Shown one piece after another: positions 30,847 to 47,774 of a stretch of 64,000 bases of DNA (its first letter is position 1; each line of letters opens with the position of its first letter). Below the pieces are notes generated by a model. It worked only from the letters and a program-made list of their open reading frames with translations, did not search any database and was not told the DNA's origin. The translations under genes were made by a program, and so were the position numbers. The stretch lies in the NCBI RefSeq assembly GCF_009914755.1, contig NC_060942.1. One strand, written 5' to 3'. This DNA is from the human T2T-CHM13v2.0 reference genome, Homo sapiens.

Positions 30847-31092
30847 TTCTTTTCTTTTCCTTTCTTTTTTTCTTTCTTTCTCTCTCTCTTTCTTTCTTCT
30901 TTTTCTCTCTCTTTCTTTCTTTCCTTCCTTCCCCCCTTCCTGCCTCCCTCCCTCCCTTCCTTCCTTCTTTCTTTTAAAAATATTTTTCTTTTTTTTCCCT
31001 TCCTTCCTCCCTCCCTTCCCCCCTTCTCCTTCCCCTTCCTCCCTTTCCCCCTTCCTCCCTCCTTCTCTCCCTCCCTCCCTCCTTCCCTCCCT
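30766..31092. repeat. (TTTC)n/(CCTT)n/(CCCT)n compound microsatellite derived from an Alu tail
   Basis: Direct reading. Confidence 0.93.
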
Positions 31093-31371
<279 letters not shown>

Positions 31372-32609
31372 TGACCTCATTTGAACTTGATTACCTCTGT
31401 GAAAACCCTGTTTCCAGAGAAGGTCACATTCTGAAATACTGGGGGAACATAGTTCCCCATCTTATAAGATAGAGAATGGGTCAAGACGAGCAGCTCCATT
31501 CTTTGTTTGTGTTTAGGCCAGTGCCAAGTTCAAGATCTTGCCTCAGGGCTTTCCTGGTACCACTGGGAATGTGTATCAGCAGCAGCTGTGTCACTGAATG
31601 GGTGTCACCTGGGGGGCTGCCTGTTCAGACATTAGAAGCTGCCACATCCCCTGTTAACTCCATGTGAGGGAGGAATCCCTTCCCTCCGACAATTTCGCCT
31701 GTGAGAATCAAGTCAGATTTTGCAGTGAGAACTGAGCTGAGTGTAGAATAAGTTCCCGAGGTACTTCTGGCACCGTTGTTACTCCCCCACCGAGAAGCCC
31801 AGAATGTTCCCAGGTGTGTTCAAAGATTGTACAGGAAGGGCTTAGGACGGTGCTTGGCTCATATAAACACTCAGTGGCAAAGAGGTTGATGCTTAAGTAC
31901 ACAGGAAGTGTTTACCAGTACACATAATTGTATACCAGTGAGCTCCACCATTCAATTTACTGTCTGTCCGGTACATTGACCCTGTGAGGCCCACTCTCGG
32001 TGTGGCACTGCTAACAGGTTTTATTGTTGCTTACTCACTTGAAAAGTGTCTCCCTTGGCTAGACCTTTGTCCTGAGCACTGGACACACATAGGTGCTCAG
32101 CAGCGTCCCTCTCTGCAATGCAAAAGGGATACCGTGTGCCTCTGCATGTCAGCTCTAGTCCTGGCATCCCAGGAGCATACGGTGACAGTGGAAGTGAAGC
32201 GCAAGCCGAGTCCTGGGAACCAATGTCTGCCAGAATTAATTAAAAGTAAGCATCTTTTTTTCCCTGGTTAGTTAATCCAGGATGAATTCCCTGAGTAGTT
32301 CCTGCCGTTAGAACTTGCTCTCTTTTTTAGTTAGACACAGCTCGGTGTTGCCTCCACTTTGACATCACGTTCATAGTTCCTGTGCTTGGCCAGAACTGTT
32401 TTCAGTTGCAAGGACATGGGTGAGACTGGTCAAGGAATTGACTTTCAGGGTTCCAAGGGAATAATTAGTTCAGAAGTCTGTCCCCATACTTGTTTTCCAG
32501 TACAATCTGTGTCTCTGTGGGTGTTTTTTTTTAAGGCTGTGTGCTTTATAAACTGGAGATAGAAGGAGCCAGTTTATTATAAAAAGGATAAAATATAATT
32601 AAACAATTA

Positions 32610-33117
<508 letters not shown>

Positions 33118-33480
33118 TATGAAGTACTGGTTGGGTTAACGTTTCTTCTTCTAACCATGAGGGAAGTAGGTGGGCTGTTCTGGTGACTCAGTGTCCTCCC
33201 AGACTCACTCATGAGAGGAAGTATTCATGGACTGTGGTGATCTTGTCTTGGAATTTTTTTCTTTGCCTCCTGGCCTCACAGCCGTTCCTTTTCTTTTACA
33301 CATCCATGAAAGGGAGACTCTAAGATCTTCCTTGCCAAGGTTGTTGTAGGGATGAGCGATGATGTCTCTGAGGCACCAGGCACGGTGCTGGCACCCAGAA
33401 GCTGCTTAATGATCCTGGAAGTTATGACCATTGCTCATAGTTTTTCCTACGTTTCAGATCATCCTTAAATAATTGTCATT

Positions 33481-33793
<313 letters not shown>

Positions 33794-34433
33794 AATAATT
33801 GTCATTTATCAGCTTCTTCGAGCTCTTAATATATATATCGCCACCTTTCACAAAGGCAAAATCTGCATTAGAAACACTGTTGTCTGATTTTGGTTCCTCT
33901 GGAGGAGGGGTAGACAGTCTTTTTGTGGGCAGGGTCTGTGTCTGTTTACCTCTATTCCCCGCCCCCCACTTTGGTGCCCACCACAGTCCCTTGTGTATGG
34001 TGGATGCTCCTTGACTATCTGAGGAATAAAATCAATTGTGAAACAGTTTCCAAAAAGGGAACAGTTTTTGTTTCCCCGTTTCCTTATAGCCTTGTGAGTT
34101 GCTATCTCTCTTGGCTCTATTATTAATAACATAAAAGAAAGAGCTGTTTTCTTAACCTCTGGTAGTTGCACATATATGGGGAAAAGGCATAAGAAAATAT
34201 GCTGGCAATAAAGACAAGTCACAGATTGTCATTTTCTTTGGTGACTGAAGGGATATTTCAGTAATTTATAGGTGAAATTTTCCTTTTTGTGACTTCCACT
34301 GAACAACATTTTTACTACCAAAAGATAAGGGAACAAAATTTTTTAACAAACTATTTAAGCTTAAATATTTAAACATTTTTATTAGTCACCACATATTAAT
34401 AAAATATTTTTATTAGCACATATTTTATTAGTC

Positions 34434-34523
34434 AACACATGTGTACACAGCTCTGATGATCTCTATGTAGATGCCTATATAAATAGCTATATAGATATCA
34501 TCAGAGCTGTGTATATATGTGTT
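34434..34523. repeat. 37-bp-arm inverted repeat with 16-nt loop
   Basis: Arms 34434-34470 and 34487-34523 are complementary at 33 of 37 positions. Confidence 0.9.
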
Positions 34524-37500
34524 AGAGATAGATGCACATACAGTTGCCCCCTGGCTCCCAGGGGTCTCTGTGACCCAAGGTTGGGACCCTCAAGTGACTA
34601 GTTATGGATGGCAAGGGGGGCTGCAAGGCCAGAGTTGGTCCTGGCTAGAGATTTCAAGACTCGAGTGGCTGGGAAGGTTTTAGAATGCAGGTAAACCACT
34701 AGTTGCTCCAAACAACAAAACCATCATAATGGAAGCATCCAAAAGTGTGTTCTTCGGCAGCTTCAGAGACTATGCCTAAGCAATAAAGTTTTAATGTCTT
34801 TTTTAGCTGCTTAGGTGAAGAATGCATTTGACTGTAATCTAACCCATTAATCTCTTATTTTTGCTGGAAAATTGTACATATTTAAGAGTAGTGGCTCATT
34901 GCCAGTATTGGTGATGAGTGATATATTTTAAACTATGCTTCATACCTTTCAGTAAATCTTGGGCTGAAAGATATGTACGTTTTGTTTTCAAAATTTTTCA
35001 GTAGTCATCTATTTAGGTCAATTTTCTGGGCAAACAAAATATTTGAAGCCCTTTAGGGTTTGTTATTGAGATGTAGGCTGGCCATGAAATTACAGGGTTC
35101 AGTACCTCATTGAAGTGTATATGTAACTGTTATTAGTTTTTTGATAACTTTTTTATACTCATAAAAGTAGTACTTGCTTACAGTAGAAACTTAATAAAAA
35201 CCATAAATGGAAAAATAAACCATTCGTAAACATCATATAGAGAGAATGACTATTAACATTTTAGCCTAACATGATTTTAGGGGTTTATAATATTCTAGTA
35301 TATGATTGTACCATAATTTATTTAATTGCTTCCCAATTATTGGACTGGAAGTTTGCTTCTAATTTTTTCTTATTATATATGATGCTGTAATGAGTACCTT
35401 TTACCAGTAAATATTTACCTGCCTCTCTGATTACTTCTTTGGGATTAATCCTTAGAAATAAATTTGATGAATCAAAGGGCATCAACCCTTTGAATGCTTC
35501 TGATACTTCTGCCATGTTGTTTCCCAGAAAAGATATAATAATTATTCCTTCCAGTAGTAGAGTATTAAATGTCTGCCTCTCTTTAGAAAGTATTACCTTT
35601 TTTCAATCTTTGACAATTTGTTAGATAAAAACTTCAGTTTCAATATTATTGCATGTATTCATGGATATTTTTCTTCTCACACATTCTAGATTTTTTCTAT
35701 ATTGTTTATAAATGTTTTATAAGTGTTATTACTTTATTGAGGATAGAAATTATTATGTAACACTTGATGGTAACAGTAAAAGTGGAAAAGAATGAGGAAA
35801 CCTTCAACAAAACAAGTTGTCATTAACAAAACGGGTTTTGCAATGCAACTTTCTGTGGGTTAGCTAAATCTTTAGTGTGTCAGGTAGTCGAAAGAAATTT
35901 GCTGTATAGTGCTGTGAAATATGCTGCATCCATGAGCCCTCTGCTCTTTGCCCATAGGGAGCAAAGACACAATCTTTTTGCAAGCTGTCCCAGTGCCATA
36001 TTGACCATCTTCCTTTTACAGCAAAAAGTTATTGCTTCCTTTGGTTAAGGTTGGGACACCCCTCTGGAGGCACACTTGAAAAATGAAGACCTTTCTCGTT
36101 GTTCTTCTGTTATCCAAGTATCTTGGAAGAACACCTCTATAGCAGGTAGACAAGGCAGGGTGTCATTGCAATCTGGCTGCAGACTGAATGTAATCCCCCT
36201 TGACATTTTGCCCCTTGGAGGCAACTCCTGCCCTCCCCTCTCCCCTTACGACCCTGCCCCCTTAAAATATGTGGAGCTCAGCAAAGACTATTTATTCTGA
36301 TAAAAATGAGCAAATAATAGGTGTGAAAGAACATGGAACACTTCAGTGAATCAAATGGAGAGGATTAAGCATTACCCCAATAATGATTGGTCAGGACGAC
36401 TGTCCCTGTGGAGTGTGTCCCAGAAGGGTTGAGCAATGGAGCAAACCCAGAAAATCTCATTCTCAACTCTCCCTGACAGATGACCTCGTCTGCGCTGTCT
36501 TTTGCTTCATGGTGATGAAGGTGGAACAAGACCCTTGAATAAGATTTCCATCTCTGAATTCTTTAAACCCATTTGAGATCAGTGCAGGCCTGCAGTCTCT
36601 CTATTAGAACTGGAGCAGAGGCCCAGAAGAGAGAACTGAATTTTCAGCACTGGATTCTATGTTGAGAATGAAAGAGACAATAATTGAAAAGCTTTTCTCT
36701 TGGAAATTTTGCAAAATCCGAGTGGATTTTTGACCAGGATTTCTTGGTGACCTCTCCTGAGAGAGCAGGTGCCTGAGGATTTCCTGCTGAGTATCTTGGC
36801 ATCTGTCAGACTCCTTATGACTTCATTTTAGTTCAGGGAGTCTGTTTCCTAGCCATTGATTTCATGCACAATTCCTGGCATGTCTCATATCTCTAAGGTG
36901 ATGTCACCCTTGTATTTTTTTTTCAGATGTAATCTTTTATGTGACAGTGAGGTGTCTTACTTGTGAGTGAACAGCTAGAACCTCCCAAGTGGTTTTTCTT
37001 TTGGATTTTGTTTACTCAGTGAAAAATACTGAGGAACCTGAGATCCTTCAGGGTGCATTTTGGTGTCTGCCCAACCTTGACGTGGATTTGGAGGCCAGGC
37101 TCAATGCTCGAACTTCTTGTTGGAGTGGCACTAAATCATTAGGATCCCTGAGGACAGACAGTTCAGGCCATCATTATTTGGTAGGCCCTTGCACACTTAC
37201 ACACAAATGCATCATTATGAACATGGAGCAGAAGATTCTAGGGCCCCGTGTGTAATGGCACAATTTGTCAAGAGGCCTGAGACCTGGAGTTGGCATGGAT
37301 TCCCTCTCCTCCTGACCCACCTACCTGCTACATTCAGTTGGCCACCCTGTTCTTTTGAGTCCACCTTTGGATGAGTAGTCAGTCCTTTCTGATTTTTGCC
37401 ACCTCTGCATTCAGAGCTTTCTTATTCTTTGGCGCGGAGGCCTTCCGTTGGGTCCCACTGCCTGCTGTCTTATCTCCTTCTAATGAATATGATCATGATT

Positions 37501-37555
37501 TTTCTGTATTTAGACAACTCCACGATGAGGAGGATGATGGCGGCAGCTAACATTT

Positions 37556-37857
37556 ATGTATGTATGTATGTATGTATGTATTTAGAGACAGATTCTCTGT
37601 CACCCAGGTGCAGTGGTGCAATCTTGGCTCACTGCAACCTCCCCCTCCTGGATTCAAGTGATTCTCATGCCTCAGCTCCCCGAGTAGCTGGGACTACAGA
37701 TGCACACCACCACACCCAGCTAATTTTTGTATTTTTAGTAGAGACGAGATTTTACCATGTTGTCCAGGCTGGTCCGGAATTCCTGACCTCAAGTGATCTG
37801 CCCACCCCGGCCTTCCAAAGTGCTGAGATTACAGGCGCCTGCCTCCACACCCAGCCA
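37556..37857 (-). mobile_element. Alu with (TATG)n tail inserted in a MIR-like relic
   Basis: TSD gcagctaacatttat on both sides; MIR-like aaactgaggcacagagaggct downstream. Confidence 0.9.
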
Positions 37858-39231
37858 GCAGCTAACATTTATTAAGTGCTCACTATACTCCTGCCAAGCA
37901 CTATTATAATTTGTCTTCTAACAGGCTTTTTATAAGGGAAGTGCTACTATTATACCCATTACATAGATGGTAAAACTGAGGCACAGAGAGGCTATGTAAG
38001 TTTCCCAAAGTCATGTACTAATTGATGAAGACCCAGGGTTTGAGCTCTGCAGGAATGGCCGACTCCTTGTGGTTTGAGCCTGGGCTCCCTCTCCATCTGT
38101 CTTTTCTCCCTGAGCCCTCCTGACTGCAGCCATGCCAGACTTTTTAATGTTCGGAACCCCAGCTCCAGCCTATCACTGGAGCTCTGCCTGTGATCTTTCC
38201 ACCTCATGCCTCCCGGTTCTATGTGTGCCTTCAGACTCCATCTGGCAGTGGTATCTGGATGGACCAGTGCATAGAAATCACATGAGACACTCAATAAATG
38301 TAGACTCCTAGTGATTCTGACTAGCAGGTCTGGGGTGGGGCCAGGTACCCAGATTTGCACGGGAAGTCAGGGACCACTGCTGCTGACTGCTTTTTTCCTG
38401 GGTGCTTGGCACACTCTGTCACAATCATGTTTTCATTTCTCTATGTTCCATTTCAACTGGATAGGGACAGTGTCTTTTGTTTCTGGAACCTGTCTCTTTT
38501 CTTGGCATATAGTAGGCACTCAGGAAATAGAAGGTTGCTTGAATCCTAGTACCAGTTTACTATCTCCTTGGAAAGACTGAAAGGTAGAATGTGATGTCTA
38601 AGCAGCTTCACTAAGCAGAGAAAACAAAAAGTTTGCAAAATAGAATTTGCCTTTTAATCTACATGTTCTTGCGTAGCATTGAGCTTCCTAGAGAGTCATA
38701 TTCATGCTAGCCCTGAGTTGTATCAGCAGCAGCCACTAGAACGGTAACTTGATGCCAAGAGTGAATTCTGATGAGCTTCATTGTGAGTAAGAGTCCCAGT
38801 TTGATCATCTCTACCCAGATCCCGTGGGACCTCCACACTGTATGAATAATGAGGAGGCGTGGAATACGTAGCATGCTGCAGTTGGCCAGCACCCAGTGTG
38901 TACTGTGAGGTAATCAGTGTCAAATCAGTCATTGTAGCAGGAGTTGGGAGTCAAAAGGAGCAACAGAGAACCTCACACGTCTCCTAAGAGAGGAAGCAAA
39001 GAACAGTTACCTTGGCTGTCATTTATGGGGCATTTGTATTGTATGTTTGGAATGGTGCTGGGTACTAGTATTAATACATGATTTTCTCTGGTCTTTGCAA
39101 AAACTGCCTGAGTTAGGAATTGTCATTCCCATTTCATTCATGAGCAGGCTGAAGTTAAGAGTGGTTAAGTACCAGCTGAAAGGGAGGAGGAGCCTGAGAG
39201 CAATCTGGGCACCCGTTTTCCCCCTCTTCTT

Positions 39232-39552
<321 letters not shown>

Positions 39553-40164
39553 CTCTCCTCCCCTCGAGCTTACATCCTACTGTCCTGTAGCCAGCTCCAA
39601 GATGTTGGCCTTTGGTTCTCTCTTCAGGCTGAACTCTCTTTCAGGGAGTTTCCTAATCGATCTTCCATAGAGTTGATCATACCTTAGTACCTACCTGGAT
39701 GAGCACTCAAGATGTTACATATTCCCACCTGACTTCTTTATTACTGCTGGAAGATATGGTGTCCCACACCTAAGTATCCCACCCACAGTCCCCAGCTGCA
39801 TGTGTCGATTATTGTGAGCTATTCAAGGGATACAGACTGAGGTAAATGAACCACCAGTGGAAGAATGTGGATGTTCTATTACAGGAAATGCTTAGCTCTT
39901 TATTGCAGTTATATAATAGCCGGCAATCATGATAGCTGAGGGGCATAAAAATGAGAGCAACAGAGTTTATGGTATTCTTTATAACTGTGGATTCTGTATG
40001 TGCGTGTGTGTGCACGTGTGTTCTGCATGCATCTCCATGGCACATTATCTGGAGGTAACATGATCATCAGGCCTTGAGCTCTTTTATAAGCAATAGATTG
40101 TGGCTGGAAATTGAAAATTTAGTTTCTGTAGCTAGAAAATACTCTTTTCAAATGCCATCTAGAA

Positions 40165-40340
40165 CAGTAGTTCTCTGAGTGTGGTTCCTGGATCAGGAGC
40201 CTTGGTATCACTGGGAATGTGTTAGGAATGCAGATTCTTGGGTTCTACCCCGGATTGAATTCAGATTTGGGAGCGGGGCCCAGTTATCTGTGTTTTAATC
40301 ACCCCCTCCCCCAGGTGAATCTGATATGCTAAAGCCTGAG
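40165..40340. mobile_element. MER5A-like DNA transposon
   Basis: cagtagttctctgagtgtggttcc...gttaggaatgcagattcttggg. Confidence 0.7.
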
Positions 40341-41399
40341 CCTCACTCCCCTGGAAAGTGACGCCTGATTCATCTGCCAGCCCATGGGCACCCATTAGGA
40401 AGGTGCTTATGGGAGCTTTGACCTGGGCTAGGTGCCGGCTCTTGATCCATCTTTTTCTAAGGCTGAGGGTGTCCATAGAAGGAGAAGTAGGTGCATCCGC
40501 TTAGATGTTATTTAACCAAATAAAGGTTTACAGCTTACAGAAAAGAGGCAAGATTAACTAATACCTTCCAAACCATAATGTAAAAAAAAAATAAAAAATA
40601 TTTACTCATAATGGAGTATAACTGAACAAATCATGTTGCTAATTTTTTTAGGATATGTTTTGTAGCTTCCATTCAGATACATCTTATGGGTAATAAATAC
40701 ACACGTGAACACACATATGTGTACTAACAATATTTTTCAGACTTTTGATTTTTTAGATATTGAGTATAGCCTTGTTACTACCAAACTTTTATCATACTTC
40801 CTTGTGAAAGGATTTCATGGCATATTTATTATTTGAAATATCAAATAGAAATCAGTACAGTCTCAGCATTTTAAGATACTTGATGTAATCTTTGGAAATA
40901 TCTTAGACATTGCAAAATAAGGGTTAATAGTCATAGTATAGCCACTAACGGGCAGTTCTGAAATTACATAAAGTTAATCTGATGAACTGATAGCAATCAG
41001 TTTTTGGCTATACATAACTAGATAAGTGAGAATTTAGAGATTGAATACATGAGAGCCCTTTTTATGATTTTCAGGATCTCAAGTATGAAGCAAAATAAAT
41101 TCTTCTATACCCTAAATTCTTGCAAAGTGATATTTTGATTAGATTTGAGCTACCCCAGGGCTAGCAATACTTGAAAGTGTGACTAGACTTAACCTCTTAG
41201 TAGATAGTCCGCAGTAATCCTTTGAAATATACATCTTGCTAAAAGTTCCTTTCCCAAGGAAATAATGATTAAAGATAATGTGATGTGTACAAGGAATTCT
41301 GGGACTTGTAGTCGAGAAACCTGAACTTTAATCTAGACTACTCAAATTTATAACTTTAGGCAAATCTCTCTTGACTTTCTAGGCTTTAGTTTTCTAGGG

Positions 41400-41722
41400 T
41401 TTTGTTTTGATTTGTTTTTTTATGTTTTTGTTTTTGTCTTTTTTTTGGGGGGAGGGTGTTGAGACAGAGTCTTGCTCTGTAGCCCAGGCTGGAGTGCAGT
41501 AGTGTGATCTTGGCTCACCGCAACCTCTGTCTCTCAGGTTCAAGCGATTCTTCTGCCTCAGCCTCCTGAGTAGCTGGGATTACAGGCACCTGCCACCATG
41601 CCCAGCTGATTTTTGTATTTTTAGTAGAGACAGGGTTTCACCAGGTTGGCCAGGCTGGTCTTGAACTCCTGACCTCAGGTGATCCACCTGCCTCTGCCTC
41701 TGAAAGTGCTGGGATTACAGGT
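41400..41722 (-). mobile_element. AluS-like element
   Basis: Reverse-complement Alu consensus. Confidence 0.93.
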
Positions 41723-42173
41723 GTGAGCCACCTCGCCCAGCCTTGATTTGGTTTTTAATCTGTAAAATGGTAGGTGTTGGGTCACATGAACAATGGCTCT
41801 TTTACCTCCACTAATTACCTAGACGCTAGAAATAAGAATATGGATAAGACCTAAACCAAATTTTCTAGCTAAATTTTGTAAAGTCTGAACAAAATCTGTG
41901 TGCGTTTTAATCTTTCTTGTAATCTTTTCAGACTCTGCCTTTAAAATTATATATATTTTTAGCTTCTAAGTAAACATTATTGGCACTGGTTTTGATAGGA
42001 ACTTTACTCCAAGTGTATTGACTTAGTAGATATGTTAAAAAGGTTATTGCTTAGTTTGTGGAAATAATACAAGCTGAGACTTTAACTGATATTTGTATTT
42101 TCATTTAGGTTCCACTGTTTTCTCTTTTGAATGAAAAGTATAATCCTATTAAATCTAAAATATTTTCTTACAG

Positions 42174-42255
42174 TGATCCGTATGTGAAACTTTCATTGTA
42201 CGTAGCGGATGAGAATAGAGAACTTGCTTTGGTCCAGACAAAAACAATTAAAAAG
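42174..42255 (+). CDS. NEDD4L: C2-domain exon, 82 bp (probably canonical exon 3): (S)[27 protein letters not shown]
   Basis: Acceptor tattttcttacag|T GAT CCG, donor AAG|gtaggt; translation contains the C2 DPYVK motif. Confidence 0.96.
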
Positions 42256-42312
42256 GTAGGTGTCGATCTTTAACCAAATGTCATTTAAGTCATAATTTAA
42301 TCCAATTATGCA

Positions 42313-42413
42313 CAGTCATGTGCTGCTTAACACCTTTTTGGTCAAGGATGGACTACTTACACAGTGATAGTCCCGTGAGATTATAATGGAGCTGCCATAT
42401 ACAAGTGCATCAC

Positions 42414-42420
<7 letters not shown>
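42313..42420. mobile_element. Tigger3/GOLEM-like DNA transposon fragment
   Basis: cagtcatgtgctgcttaac...gtcccgtgagattataatggagctg. Confidence 0.6.
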
Positions 42421-42745
<325 letters not shown>

Positions 42746-43205
42746 ACTTTTTGTCTTATATACTGTATTTTCATTTTAAGTGTCTTTCAGTATTAAATCT
42801 AGAAGTTTTCCAAGACTTTTCAGTACTAACCCAAGATAGTGATTCAGGTTTTTACTTAAATGCCTACAAAAACAGTATCCTGAAAATGTCATAAGTTGTA
42901 ACATTTTTTCTTGCACAGAATACAGCAAAAACAAGGATTTGTTTTTGTCTTTGTATGTTTCACAAAGAAACTTAAAGTAATTTAAAATACATTTAATGAA
43001 ATGGAGCTGTTTGTGGAATTGGTAGGCACACCAGGAATAGTTTAACTTGAAACAACTATTTCTAAAGGAAGCAAAATACTTGGTTAGCTACATGGAAATA
43101 GAGAAAATATATTAATAATAAAGCTATACATGTATGTATATATCTTATTTTCCTAATTTTTATGTACATGATTTCATTAAAAATTTGTTTCCATAAGTAT
43201 GTCTT

Positions 43206-43512
<307 letters not shown>

Positions 43513-43639
43513 ATAAGTATGTCTTAATTTGCCTATCTCCATGTATTTATAGACATATGTAATATATATATATGTAAATATTTTTTACCCTATGTTTGGA
43601 GGCTTTATTGAAGATGCATGTTCTCTATTAAAAATACTT

Positions 43640-43817
<178 letters not shown>

Positions 43818-45645
43818 TCATCTGTGCTTTAGTATCATTTATGGGTTACTATGATTTTTTTCCTTACCTCCTTTAGAGGCGGGTGCTTAGATAGTCTAAC
43901 ACTTTGCTGAACATTTTCTGGACAGCATGAGTGCTTTAAAAAATTGTAACTGTCTTGCTGCCATGCAGGCACCCAGGATGCAGCCAGGTCCTTTTGTGTA
44001 AGGAACCATAACTGCAGCGTGTCCTCCACTTGGCATTGGGACTGGCATTAAAAATCTGTTTTGCAAACAGGAGCCAGTCTTTTGATTAGCAGGGAGGATG
44101 CCTGCGAGGGACGGAGGCCATTGTTCCCTGTGTTAGGCGTTGTTGCTGGTTCAGTTTCTAGGCGAGTGGGGGCTGTCTAGAAGGCTCACCAGGAAGGCAG
44201 CTGGGAAACTTGGTTGCCTGCTGGATGTGGAGCCAGGACCAAAGCCGGCGACTGGGGCTATTGCAATGGATTTCCTTCCAAAGGGAGGTCCTCCTTCTCC
44301 CTCCCTTTCCACGGTCGAGGGAGTAGCTCTGTAGCTGGGTTTGCCCTCCTTCTCCTGCTGCCCGCCTCCTGGTTCGTATGCCTCTGCTGCGTTCGGGTGC
44401 GAGAACTGCCGTCATCCTCCTCTCCTTGCCGTGTTGTGACTGGTTCTTCGTTCGTTTTGTGCTCTCCTGTCTTGTTGCTTTCCTCGCCTGTCATTTCCCA
44501 TGTGCATTTCCGTGAAGCTGCCCTCCGGGACTGCAGCCAGAGGCAGGCCAGGCCTGCTGCTCCACTCCCCTCCCCTCGTTCATTACCATCCTTGGCTTCA
44601 TTCACATGGGAGAAAAGTATGAACCCCATTATTTAGGATTGAATTCACTGTGGAGTTGTGGGTGGGGAAAGTGCTGAATTTTTGAAAACGCCGGTTCAGT
44701 GTTGTGTGAGCTCTGTGTTTCCTATTTTTATGTTGCACTCTGTTGATTTTTTTCATCTCCCTGAACTGATCTATTAAAGGAAATAGATTGATAAATATCA
44801 TTTTGACTAAAAATATCTATCGCTGTTGGTGAAGTGATGGTTTTTTTTTACATACAATTTTTAAGAGCTGTCTTTAAGAGGCTTATGCATGTGCAGATGC
44901 ATGAACACACATGTACAGTCTTCCTTCCTAGAACATGCTTCCTCTTAGTTTTGGGGGATATCTGGCAGTCCTTTCTTCCATGCTGAGGACAAAGGTATCC
45001 TTGCCATCTCCTTGTGAGATGTACATTTAAGTAGACTGATAGAAAGATGAACAGATGGATGAATGGAGAGGAAGACTGAAGGATAAGTAGACAAGTATTT
45101 TTTAACCTGGTTATTTTTGGAGAAAAAAATAATTCACTTTTGGCTTACATTTGGTCTTTTTTTTTCTTGTTATAAAATCTGATCCTCAGTATAGCTCTCT
45201 ATAAAATGTTAAGATTTCAATATTTATATAAACAATGAACACATTCAACTTTCCCCCACCTGCTTCGTTACTCTGCAAAACAGATTTGTAGCAGGGAGAG
45301 GGAAGTCAACAAAGTTCATTTCCTTCTTGGTAGAATAATCATATCAATGCTAATTTCTTGAAGAAATTTTTTATATTTTCACGATGACTCTTTCCAGGCC
45401 TTTGATGTTTTTCCTTCTGGTGATAGAAGCAGTTTAAGGTTTCATACCTATGAAGCATCTGTTTCATAAATACATTCCCTCCCCCTCCAGTTTGGTTTGT
45501 ACGCTAGTCTCAAATAATCGACTAAATGCTTCTCTTAGCTTTTTTTAATCAAAAAAATGTTTAAGCAAATATGTAGACTGTATTGTACTAGTAACTGCTA
45601 ATGTTTGAAAGACTAAAAGATACTACAAGATAATTTCTCTTCCAG

Positions 45646-45684
45646 ACACTGAACCCAAAATGGAATGAAGAATTTTATTTCAGG
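45646..45684 (+). CDS. NEDD4L: C2-domain exon, 39 bp (probably exon 4): TLNPKWNEEFYFR
   Basis: Acceptor tttctcttccag|ACA, donor AGG|gtaagt; C2 TLNPxWNEeF motif; phase 0/0. Confidence 0.96.
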
Positions 45685-46849
45685 GTAAGTTTTTCATTGT
45701 TTGGTAATAATTGTTATTGATACGTCTAGGTCGATTATCACAGTCAATTCATCTTGAGGAAAAGCTCTTAAATTTTTAATGAGAAATTCCTTTTAGGATG
45801 AAAAATAGGTAGCCTCCTAATGTGTCCCAAATTTTGAAAGACTAGAAGTAGTGGTCACAGAATCCGGACTTGTTTCATTGGGGAGTGTTTTGGAGAAGTC
45901 AAAAGAAAATTATCCAAACACCATGTTTCATCTTTTGAATTCAAACCTTTCTTTAAGAAATAAGATAAAATATCATTTATGAGAATGGTTTAATTCTATG
46001 AGACGGGTTATGAAATATTTTAGAGAGAGTAAAACAGTAGAGGCAACATGATTAAAAAGAAACATAAAAATTACCAGTTATATTCTAGTTAGGGAGGAAA
46101 ATTTTGGTAACTGAAACACTTGAGTGCATATATATGTGTATAATATAAAATTACTTCTGGAATCTAAATACAACAGAATTAGGTAAGATTTCCTCAACCT
46201 TTTATATTTAATATTTAGAATAGCTATATGTCGAAATGACTGAAATATGTGAATTAGCAGAGATTTCTGCTTATTGAGCATTTGTGGTTGTTGCTGTGTT
46301 TTACTACTGACATTTTGGAACTATTAGACTGCTTAGCTATTTAATTGAAAGAAAGGACTTTCTCTTCAAAACGAAGGTATCTTAATTGTATAGCTGTGAT
46401 ATTAAAAACTGCTTACCTCCAGAAATAATCCAGGTCTTCTGATTAGTGCAGATTTCCAAAGGCCAGTATTGCCATGAGGCCCATTATAATTGGTCCTGAT
46501 TTCTTCCTCTCAATCGCAATAGTATTTTTTGTGCTCCAAACTTGGGCTACTACATACAGCATCTGCTTTCCATTATGCTCAGAGCTGAAATATGGCACTG
46601 ATACTTTCATACTTGGTGAAATCCTATGTACAGCCTCCACCAGATGTATTTGAAATTACCCTGTGGAGGACTGAAAAGCTAATAGGAGCTGATAGATGCT
46701 GTTGGCCTTTAGTTAACTCTGAAATATAGCTTTCCACTTGTGAACCTCCAAAGTGTTTAGACTCCTTTCAGTGGAACACTGGCACAGTTACATAAATGTT
46801 AGTACATCCCATACTTTTTTCAGCTAATCTTGGCAGTAGGCACATTTAA

Positions 46850-47173
<324 letters not shown>

Positions 47174-47774
47174 TTCTTAAGGTCTTTATATTTATTCATT
47201 TTACAAATCTTTATTGAGTGCCTATTATGTGCCAGCTCCTGCCTGTAGCCTGTGGTTGCATTGGTAAGCAGTGTGACCCTTCATAGAGCTTCTAAACAGA
47301 TAGCAAACCCCATCTGCTTGTTCTGTCGCTAGGCTGCAGGCAGACCACGGACCAGAAGCACAAGCTGAGCTCTCTGTGCTTGTATGGTCAAGTGTTATTT
47401 CATGCATTCCCCACCATGAAGCAGCCAGGGCCTAGGTCACCTCTCTGCTTTACCATTTAGAGCCTTTGTGACCCTGGAAAGGCCACCTGAGGACTCTCAA
47501 TCTCCCTGGGATCCTTATCTCTCACATAGGAGAGAGAATCCTTACCTGCAAGGGTTGTTTCAAGGATTTGCATGCGATGATGTAAATGAGAACATGTAGC
47601 TCTATGTCACACATGTGGTTGGTGCTTAGTAAATGATACCTGAGTTTGGAAGATGATATGGGCCATTTTGGTGAGGTTTTGGTAAGGAAAAGGAAGCAAA
47701 AAGATATGGAAAGCCCAGTAGCTCTGTCATTGCCTCACAGTTCCAGGTCTCTCTCATGGTTCACAGTCTAGGCT

